DNA of 47,375 nt from Octopus bimaculoides (Eukaryota). Below the pieces are notes generated by a model. It did no database searches, was not told where the DNA came from, and worked only from the letters and a program-made list of their open reading frames with translations. Shown here one piece after another: positions 37,926 through 47,375 of this stretch (the stretch's first letter is position 1; each line of letters starts with the position of its first letter). The stretch covers positions 53,092,832 through 53,140,206 of the forward strand of contig NC_068995.1 in assembly GCF_001194135.2 (NCBI RefSeq), given 5' to 3'. A program made the position numbers and the translations under genes.

Positions 37926-38019
37926 AGACATCACCTTTGCGGATAATATGAGAGGGTGTAGCTTGGACGGCATTTACAGGTCGGTGGTAAGAACTGAAAG
38001 ATTTGTGTTTCAGAGAGAG

Positions 38020-38250
38020 GAGGCAGAATCTTTAGCCTGCTGGACGAAATGCTTAGAGGTATTTCGCCCGTCGCTACGTTCCGAGTTTAGCAGCATTTCG
38101 TTCGTCTTTTCGTTCGGAGTTCAACATTTTGCCGAAGTCGATTTTGACTTTCATCCTTTCGGGGTCGATAATATAAGTACCAGCTGCGTACTGGGGTCAA
38201 TTAATCGATTTATCCCCTTCTACGAAATTGCTAGCCTAGTGGCAAAATTT
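38020..38250 (+). mobile_element. SINE family B
   Basis: ggcagaatctttagc...gaaatgcttagaggtatttcg...gttcaacattttgccgaagtcgattttgactttcatcctttcggggtcgataatataagtaccagctgcgtactggggtc, with a duplicated segment in the head. Confidence 0.85.
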
Positions 38251-38648
38251 GAAACTCGAGAGAATCTTTACTGCTGGGTGGGGAGAAGTTAGTTACAATC
38301 CTTTACGTTTCGAGATCAAATGCCACCAGGGTGGATTTTGCTTTTTATTATCTCGAAGATCGATAACATAATTACCAGAACTGGAATCGATTTAATCGCC
38401 TATATGCCTTTCCTTAAATTTGAGAGCTTGGTCGTGTCGATTTTAGAAATCAATTTAACTTATATAAATTTTAAAATGATATACCACAATAGGAAATTTT
38501 TAACTTGATCGATTTTCTGAAAAATATTTACAATAAAATTGCTACGTAATTCGATTTTATTGAACGTTTATAACAGAACTAAAAATTTCGAATAAAATCA
38601 TTTCAAGTGTATTTCTCATGACTGGGTATTGGATTGTAGTCGTAACTA

Positions 38649-38947
38649 TTAGATTGTTCCGAAAATAATGGCCGCTCTAGGTGTTGTGTTTTGAAACGCA
38701 ATTTTATCATAGTATTTTAATTATATTTGAGGTGACTTTCGACATAGTTAATAATTGATGTGTGCTCTTTAATAATTTTCTACTTATTTCAAACAGAAAA
38801 CATTCTTGAAGCATATGAACATGACAAAAAAGGACCTTCGCTTACTTTTCTTGCATAAATTCAAGCTTGAGTACAATGTTTCTGAAATTGTGTTACTGTG
38901 TTTTCCTGATGTTTCTGAAATCGGCCATTATTTTCGGAATAATCTAA
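38649..38947 (+). mobile_element. Mariner-derived MITE (internally deleted, 299 bp)
   Basis: 26-bp TIRs ttagattgttccgaaaataatggccg / cggccattattttcggaataatctaa (1 mismatch), flanked by TA on both sides (38647-38648, 38948-38949). The internal ATG at 38815 gives MNMTKKDLRLLFLHKFKLEYNVSE, similar to the Hsmar1-type transposase N-terminus (KKQIRAIFLFEFKMG). Confidence 0.92.
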
Positions 38948-39884
38948 TACAATAACGAGAAGATATAATACGGTGCGCGCAATATTAAAAAACGTGTCCA
39001 CTTTGCTTTTCATCCTTTCAGAGTCGACAAATTAAGTAACAGTTGCGTACTGGGGTCGATATAATCGACTGGCCCCCTCTTGACTTTCTCCCGAATTTTC
39101 TTTGAATTTGATTATAACTACAACAGTATCATTTGCAATCATTCCTGTTGATCTTTCGTTCACTTTTATAATTATCTAATTTATATTTATTTACTTACAA
39201 ATCATCGTTTCAAAGCATTATCTCCTTGCAACATATGACATCACACTTCTTTGCGCCAATCGAATGCACAGAATCTGTGAACACTGGCGCAGCAATATTA
39301 ATAATATTAGCGTAGCGGATAATACACTAAATTTATCCGCATGAACTAACTGAGGTGGATTAAGGCTTTACATGAGCGCTTCGGAGCAAGAAATAATCTT
39401 CTAGCTAGCTAAAGCACAAGAAGGTTTAATTCTCATGTAAAATTACAAGATATTGAAAAATTAAACTAACATCTTGATGTTTTGCCGTGAGTTAGCACTC
39501 TGAACTTTATTAAATCGAACAATAATTTAGATTGGATGGAAATCCGGGAATAAAATGCAAATCAAATCCAGCCGGATTCGAATTCACAAAGTTGAAGGTT
39601 AAAATAGAACATTTTAAAGAATTTAATCCGGCGTTTAAAATTTTCGTTAATATAAAAAGTACAAGATTAAAAAAAAGAAATCAAAATTTTATAAATACAA
39701 AAGAAAAAAAAAGAAAAAAATGAGTTATTAAAAGATGAATAAGAGATGCTGAAGTATTAAAAAAAAAAAGAAAGCTGTTACATTTAAGCGCCGTAAATGA
39801 AACAGTATTAGTTCAGAACGAGGCTAAGTAATGTTAGACATGTAAAGGCATCGATTGAAACAACTGAAGTTCATTCCATATTGC

Positions 39885-40012
39885 AGAGCTGTGTGCTGAA
39901 GACGCTCGCTTTGCAATCACGTGGCATCGTGGGCAAGTGTCTTCTACTACAGCCATAGACTGATCAATATCTTTTGAGTGAATTTCGTAGACAGAAACTA
40001 TGTGAAGGCTAA
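39885..40012 (+). mobile_element. SINE family A, diverged 5' half
   Basis: gtggcatcgtgggcaagtgtcttctactacagcc...gagtgaatttcgtagacagaaact. Confidence 0.75.
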
Positions 40013-40039
40013 TCATATACATATATATATAAATACGCA

Positions 40040-40207
40040 TATGTCATTAGACTGCGCCCATGCTGGGGCACTGCTTCGGAGAATTTTAGTCGAACTAATC
40101 AACCCTCGTAATTATTATTATTATTGAAGTCTAGTACTTATTCTAACGGTCTTTTTGCCGAAGTTACAGGGACATACACACACCGACACCCGTTATCAAG
40201 CGGTGGC

Positions 40208-40299
<92 letters not shown>

Positions 40300-40478
40300 C
40301 ACATACACACACACACACACACATACACACACATATGATTGTTTCAGTTCCCGTCTAGCAAATGCACTCAGAAGGCTTTGGTCGATCTGAGGTTATACCA
40401 GAAAACAGCAGCTCAAAGTGGCACCCAGTAGAATTGAACCCGGAACCATGTCGTTAGGAAACAACCTTCTAGCCACAT
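40040..40478 (-). mobile_element. SINE family A with an expanded internal (CA)n
   Basis: 3' module at 40040-40208, (CA)n at about 40210-40334, and the head and CORE-like module at 40335-40478, reversed. Confidence 0.8.
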
Positions 40479-41452
40479 ATTAAACGTAAAACAAAGGCAT
40501 ATGTGCGTCGGACAAAATTCCGAGAAACCACTGCGTTCATATCTTGCTGATTTCGAATGTACTTTCCGTTTTAGCGGAGGCAATAAAAACAAAATGTTGT
40601 GTATGATTTGAATTCGAAAGATAAAGAGGCAGAATAAATACTGCAAGGAATTTGTATCCAATGCTCTTACGAAACAAAGAACCCATTCGTCTGCTATTTG
40701 TCATTTATTAAATATTGTTTGTTTGATTTTTTGTTTCATATTTTATTTGAATCCAGTTTTCTTAGCCATTATGATATGATGATGCATGACTTATTAGTAA
40801 GTGGAAGTTCGTCTCACCATCATAATGTCGAGGGATCAATTCTCAGATTGTGTTTACTTTTTTCAGGATCGATAAAACGCGTCCAGCCGAATACTGGTAT
40901 AGGTATACTCAACCATACCCTCTCATCAAATGTGTGGTCTTGTCTCCTTTGTTTTAGAAAGCCATTATTATTATTGGTGGCGATTTTATTGCCGAGTCAT
41001 GGGTATTGAAGCAGCTCCTGTTTTGTCTTGTTACAATGTTTGTTTTCTTCACCGTAAGATTTGTGTTTATTTTGCTAACCCTGTATCAATAAAGAAGAGC
41101 TCGAATTCAATTGAAATATGTGTTTCCCATTTGGGAAAAGAAATTTGTTACGCCTTTCCGCCTGAACGGCAGATATTTTCTACGACACTGCAACGGTGAT
41201 GACATTGGAATACGATTTCCATAATAATGCTTGCCGAATTTCTACCTTCGGAGAAAAGAGAATACGATGTAGACATTTTGTGTTTAAGAAATATTTGTTC
41301 AGATGACATGAATAATTTCGTCAACTATACTTACATAAAAACAATGAAAGCATGATTCTTCTTTATAAAAGTGAAACTCGAAATAGATAAAGCTTTAAAT
41401 AGCGTATAAATATTATACTAACATTTCCATGCTATTAGTTATTACTTTATTT

Positions 41453-42132
41453 AAGGTGGCGAGCTGGCAGAAACGAGGAGTGCTTGAAACCCATATGGCA
41501 GGATATCACATACCTAGCCAGAGGAAAGAAGTTCGGTAGTATCGAAGTACGACTAGAAGATATAGAAACTGCACAAATGCACTCAGTTAAATCTTTAGAA
41601 ACGCAGGACGTTGTTTTAATTCCAATATATATGGGAATGAAGACGTCAAAGTTACGTATACCAAGGATCCCACCCCAAGTCGACCCTATGTGGTTGATGG
41701 CGGCAGTCCTGGTAAAAAAGGAAGATAATATAACACTCCTTCAGGCTACCGTCACAGAAAAGGCTTATTGGATCGGTCAAACGGTTCACCTCCTAATACA
41801 AGCAGAACAGTCAATTTTAGAGTAGTTACCGGAGAAAACAGAAATTGGGGAGGAATTCCTTAACGTATTTGTCGAGGGGCGTAAGCCCCGATGTTTCCAG
41901 TGTGGCCAGCTGTAGAGACGGCGAGGAAGAATCCTTTCGGGGTCGATAAATTAAGTACCAGTTGCGTACTGGAGTCGATCTAATCGACTGTCCCCCTCCC
42001 GCAAAATTTCAGGCCTTGTGCCTAGAGTAGAAAAAAGCCGTTAGCACACCGAGCAAGTGCTGGAGTCGCTGCAATCGACTAACATCCTCCCCACAAATTT
42101 CAGGCCTTGCTCCGATAATAGAAAAGACTATT
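41453..42132 (+). mobile_element. Nested SINE family B composite: split host SINE plus an inserted SINE 3' half
   Basis: Host head aaggtggcgagctggcagaaacg (41453-41475) resumes as ttagcacaccgagcaa at 42041. A little-diverged SINE 3' half with an A-rich end sits at 41931-42037. Confidence 0.85.
41476..41915 (+). mobile_element. Tx1/L1-type LINE ORF1 (gag-like) fragment
   Basis: ORF 41484-41825 continues in frame past one TAG as LPEKTEIGEEFLNVFVEGRKPRCFQCGQL*. The V-E-G-R-x-x-x-C-F-x-C-G-x pattern is the start of the CCHC knuckle of L1/Tx1-type ORF1. Confidence 0.7.
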
Positions 42133-43694
42133 TATAGGTTTATTTGCTTCGAGTTTCATCATTCCAAATAATAATTATTTCACGTTCTATCGCAGTTTCT
42201 AAATTTGTACGATGTCAATATAATTTCTTTTCTTTTTTTAAAGGATGAAAGGTTAATGTGTACGTGTGAAAATGACTGCAAAAATAACACAAACAAGTCA
42301 GAAAAAAAAACAAGATTAAAATAACAAGAAAAATGTAAAAGTCATTGGGAATAACACATTTAAACTGGAAAATATGTTGACGTACCGAATTAGCTCTGTC
42401 ACTAGCGTGATAGTTAAAACATGATGTTAAATCTAGTTCTTAGATATGGATAATAAGAATGTTTAATTGTGAGATATCCTGAAGATCGACAACCTGGATA
42501 CTGTGAATCGAGACAGTCTAATCTGGACAGCTTTAAAGGTCGATACAAGAAGTCTTATGGACACAGCTTAGCAAGAAGGAAAGACATCAATTTCCAAAAC
42601 AATTAAAGGAAGAGAATACGATAAACAGAATGAAAGAAAACAAATGTTATGAAGATATATCCTTGTATGCATCAAAATAGAAATGATAATAATAATAATA
42701 AACAACAATAAGACTAGGGAGTACAAGGAATCCTACTAGTTTATATTTCGGAACACAGGACATTTTCATTATGAAATCATTCAAAGTTTGTCTTCGACGA
42801 CATTAAAGAAAACAGTCCGCGACCCACGTATATACCATGTGAAGAGAATTAGCAGCAGCAGCAGTAGTGGTAGTAGTAGTTGTGGTAGTGGTGGTGGTGG
42901 TGGTGGTGCTTGTAGTAGTAGTAGTAGTAGTAGGAGGAGGAGGAGAAGGCGCAGGAACAGGAGTATTAACAGAATTAACAGCAAAATTTTTCATAGCCAT
43001 ATATAAATATAACCATGCTCTTCGGTATTACTATAAATATTTTGGTTCTTGTATTTAGTTGCCACCATCATAACAAACGAATCAATAACTCCCTCACAAC
43101 CAGACAAACACACTCTTCATCCCTTTCTCCTCCCCTTTTCTTCTTTCCTCTCTTTCTTTCTCTCTGTCTGTCTGTCTGTCTCTCTTTCTTTCGTCATTCT
43201 TCCCTTTCAATCAAGTCTATTGACAATCACCGAAAACCCGGTCAGTGACTTTTCGCTATAAAATTAATCTCAGATTGCGCCAATGAACGATAAAGACACA
43301 TTATCTCCTTTCTTGGGTTTCCTTTAAGTTTCGTTTGGTTTCGCTGAGTTTATAGGTTTTCTTTCTTTATTTTTTATGATTCTTCCACCCGATTTCTTGG
43401 GCAACAAAACAAAATCTTATACTTGATGGACGGTAATTCTTCACCGGTTATCGTAAACGCCATTCGTCCATTCACAAAAAAATATTTTCGAAAGTTTTTT
43501 GTTTTTTCTCCGTTTTTGTAAATTGCAAAATTATAAATTGGTTGCTTTCTGCCAGACAATCACAACAAACAGTGAAAATATTTGTTCAGTCACTTCCAAA
43601 TGAGAGTTTTCAATACCAAAGCATCAGAATATTATCATCCATATAACAATGTGCACAAGAATAAACTTATACACAGACAAACTCATCTATCAAT

Positions 43695-43750
<56 letters not shown>

Positions 43751-43979
43751 GAGAAGCAAGTTGGCAGGTCGATTTACACAGAATGTTGAATACATTTAAA
43801 AAGACAAAATGTACATGTGTATGATTATAAAATAGTCTGACTTACAGAATGTAAATGATATCAGGAGTTAAATGAGTAGAGTTTACGAGTCTAACAGCTG
43901 TTTCTGTGGGGTTGGTGGTTGGAGTTAGAATGTCAAGGACTTGTTTGCGAAGTTACAAATTCATTTCGAAACCATCTGG

Positions 43980-44465
43980 CATTTAGTCTTGTGCTTGGCA
44001 CCTTAAACAAATGTTTATAGTACCGGGGTGACCAATGTCTTGTGAATGGATTTGGTTTGCGGAAACTGGGTTGAATCCCATTATGTCTGTATGTCTGTAT
44101 GTATGTATGTATGTATGTATGTATGTGTGTGTATGTGTAAGCATGTGAATACGTGTGTATATTTTTGTATGTACGTATGTATGTATACATCTATGTATAT
44201 ATGTATGACCGCATGTTTGTGTGTATGTGTGTATGTGTACACCTGTTAGCGTTTGTCTGTCTCTGTCAGCTCTTTACGTAATACCACTTGACAACCGATA
44301 GCGATTTGTTTATATCCTCGTAACCTAGCGACTCAGCAAAATAGAGATCGATAGAATATGTACAGCAAGTAATTAAAAGTACTGAATCAATTCGAAAGAC
44401 TAAAATATTTCCAGGCAGTGCCCCAGCATGACCGCAGTCCAATAAGCGAAACCAGTAAAAGAGTC
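43980..44465 (+). mobile_element. SINE family A, diverged, with an expanded internal (GTAT)n/(TG)n
   Basis: tggcaccttaaacaaatg...cttgtgaatggatttggtttgcggaaact, about 165 bp of simple repeat, then acttgacaaccgatagcg...ccccagcatgaccgcagtccaa...ccagtaaaagag. Confidence 0.75.
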
Positions 44466-44757
44466 GTAGCCTAATTTCCACAAATACATTTATGTCTGGT
44501 GCTATACTGCTTCTGCGAATCTTCCGCTACCATTCCATTGATATCCGCCAGTCTTAAATATCAAGACAGGAAATATTCCATAAATGCTATTTTCTATCAA
44601 CAACCATTTTCCATTGTCTGAATCCATTTCCAAGGCTTCCTATCATTGACATTATACACTTGTATGTATGTATGTATGTATGCATGTATGTAATATATAT
44701 ATGCATACATGTGTATACATATATATGTTTATATGAATATGTATACATACATATATA

Positions 44758-44806
<49 letters not shown>

Positions 44807-45174
44807 ATGCAAATATATATATGGGTGTGTGTGTATGCATGTATGTACATGTACAATATATATATATGTATACATGCATATGTATACATGCATGCACACA
44901 TACACACACACACGTATATGTCCTCTGTAAGCTATATTATTTTCTTCTTTTTATTTTAAACACTTTTAGATTTCAAACTGTTCTATTGATTTCTCATAAT
45001 GATACAAAGCCATCAAATTTGTATGGAATAATATGTGCAGCATCCTGAATAGATCTGCACACGTGACTGGTAGTTATTTTATCGACCGAACAGGAAGGAA
45101 AGGTTTCGTTGACATTGGACTCTTTTACGCAAAGAACGTTGAGTCAGCGAGATGACAATTATAATGATAGCAAA

Positions 45175-45247
<73 letters not shown>

Positions 45248-45925
45248 GTACTTTCTTTTATTGGCCACAAGGGCNNNNNNNNNNAAGGGACAAGTGGGGT
45301 GTTGAACAGTGTCGTGTACACAATAAGTAACAACAAAAACAAAAAAAAAAAACAAATAGAAAAACAATTTAGCAATAAAAATTCCTCAAAAGGTGGAAGT
45401 TTCTCACAGGGACAACTGCAGAACCCCCCACCCCACCTCACAACCTGGTTATCCCGACCAGTCAGCTGCACCTCAGCAGGCGCCTCTCTTCTCAACTCCT
45501 CCGGTTTACAAACGAAAGTTCAGAGTCGGCCTATTCGCACAGGCCATCCTCGTCATATTCACTCACCTTTCAATAAATCTATTCAGGGGATCAGAACTTT
45601 CCTCTCTACTTTCACTTGAAAAAGTCGATGAGGGTTTGGCCGAAGAGGACAGTACCTGTCTTCAGTCCTTTCAATCTTGTCCACCACACTACCTCTTTCG
45701 CTATAGCCATCTGACAGAGGAAAACTGCCTTTTCTTCCCGACCAAAGGAAGGCAGCAAGGCGATCTTCACGATGGACTCGGCAGATAACCGGATCCGTCC
45801 TTCACGCGATAACAGATGTTCGACAAAGCTCCACAAGTCAGTAATGCACGCACGCTGGACGTGTGCTTGCAGGACTGTTTCGTCGCCCTGTGCACACCTC
45901 AGACAGGTCCGTCGTTGCCGTTGGC
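45248..45925 (-). mobile_element. Second Tx1/L1-clade LINE 3' fragment (related subfamily)
   Basis: ORF 45612-45836 (RIRLSAESIVKIALLPSFGREEKAVF...KEVVWWTR) is homologous to 24960-25200. A decayed TCLRCAQGDETVLQAHVQ knuckle lies upstream. The 3' end gtggccaataaaagaaag matches the first copy and is followed by (TAT)n. Confidence 0.88.
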
Positions 45926-45989
45926 ACTATTCATTCCATTTATATCAATTTTTCCTTCGCCATATTTTTTGACCTGCTGTTGTATGACG

Positions 45990-46330
45990 GCAAATATTCT
46001 TTTGCTTTTTTTTCAATCGCTTGACTATGCCCATGCTGGAGCACCAAGGTGAAGGGTTTAGTCAAACAAATCATCTGCACTACATAGTTTTACTGGTACC
46101 TATACTATAGGTCCATTTCTGCTTAACCGCTAAACTACGAGAATGTCAACGGACCTACACCAGTTGTCAAGCATACATTCTATACATAAAAACAAACCCA
46201 TACGATGGACTTCCACACGGTTTGCGTTCGAAGCTATCAGTCATCCTGCAATTGTAGCAAAAGGCCCCTGTCCAAGGTGCTGAGCAGTAGGACTGAATGT
46301 GAAGCCACGTGTTTACAAAATGAACTTCTA
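45990..46330 (-). mobile_element. SINE family A, diverged
   Basis: gactatgcccatgctggagcacc...ccgctaaactacgagaatgtcaac...ccagttgtcaagc, then the reversed head ccaaggtgctgagcagtaggactgaa. Confidence 0.7.
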
Positions 46331-46399
46331 AACCTCTGTCTACAGCTGAAACTAAATGTTTTGCTGACAGCATTTCTGTGTTACCCTTTCTAGGCGATA

Positions 46400-47050
46400 A
46401 CTAGGCGCAGGGAGAAGGCTAATCGGTTACATCAACCCCAGTGTTAGATCTGTACTTATTTTATCGAACCAGAAGGCAAAGTTGATCTCCGCAGGCTTTG
46501 AAATCAGGACATGGGGCTGGAAGCAATGCTGCTAAGCATTTTGTCCGGCGTGCTGACGATCCTGCCAGCTCACCCCTGCATGAATACTATAAGAATTAAT
46601 AAAGATAGAAGCAGTATTAACACCAAAAGGTAATGTTTATCCCTCAGTTAAATTAGATGTTGTGTCAGAACACAAAATACTGCGTTATTTATCACGAGAG
46701 AACTTTTCATATGGACTTACATAGACATAAGGTTTTAAACGTTCCGTGAGTCGATTAAATCTACTTGACTGATATTTTATTTTATCGACACAGAAAAAAA
46801 GGAACAAATACTAGAAAATATTTTGCCTGATATCCTAATAATTCTGTTAATCTCCGCCCTTAATCGTGATTTTATAGACACAAGACAAGAAGTATGAGGG
46901 GAATGGAACAGTCAATTTTTGTTTTATCGACATCGGAAGGATGAAAAGAAAACTTGAACTCGACTGGATTTGTAATCATAACGTAAAAAACCGGAACAAA
47001 CACCGTAAGGCACTTTTTTTCCCTCCCGAACTATTTAACGATTCGGTCAA
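46400..47050 (-). mobile_element. Three diverged SINE family B fragments
   Basis: ttattttatcgaaccagaaggcaaagttgatctc...gctaagcattttgtccggcgtgctgacgatcctgccagctcacc (46400-46575), with further modules at about 46740-46860 and 46910-47050. Confidence 0.7.
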
Positions 47051-47342
47051 TCTATCGTCCCTTATCAGGACGTTATAACAATGGAACGCTGTCTTTTAGA
47101 AAGCAGTTTATTTATGTGTGTTTGATTAATATCACAATGACTTGTGTTACAGAGGGAAAAAAATACTTCTCCTTATTTACGAGCATCGATTATATAACAC
47201 ATACATTCATTATAGTAATGAAAGTATCTTTTGTTTATTTGGCTATTATTTATTCATTTATTTTTACATTTCGGTATTCGACCTTCATCTTCTTTTGGTT
47301 CCACAATCAATTGACTTACTTTGTAAATCACATGATTCTAGC

Positions 47343-47375
<33 letters not shown>

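Overview
This is eukaryotic, AT-rich, microsatellite-saturated genomic DNA with about 3.3 kb of N in 13 gaps, almost all beside simple repeats. The dominant interspersed repeats match my recollection of octopus tRNA-derived SINEs, so the source is most likely an Octopus assembly (from memory, not a database result). Most of the window reads as intron or intergenic sequence. It holds many copies of a CORE-like SINE with an internal microsatellite (family A), a Meta-domain-like SINE (family B) and an unclassified repeat ending in (AAC)n (family C). It also holds LINE fragments (two Tx1/L1-clade ORF2 pieces, one Tx1/L1-type ORF1 piece, three RTE-like 3' ends, one CR1/Jockey-type endonuclease piece), a mariner-derived MITE and hAT-like MITE remnants. 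I recognise no complete host gene. The best host-gene signal is a promoter-like motif cluster at 3319-3399 followed by a plausible first coding exon at 3618-3740 (+). A few other splice-flanked unique segments are weak exon candidates. Nearly all ORFs in the supplied track are translations of microsatellites or gaps. I found no CRISPR array, rRNA or true tRNA gene, and I cannot support a claim of a new biological system. The most interesting observations concern transposon architecture: a nested LINE-ORF1/SINE chimera, a SINE fold-back hairpin, an in-frame deleted Tx1 LINE, and retroelements that appear to seed microsatellites.
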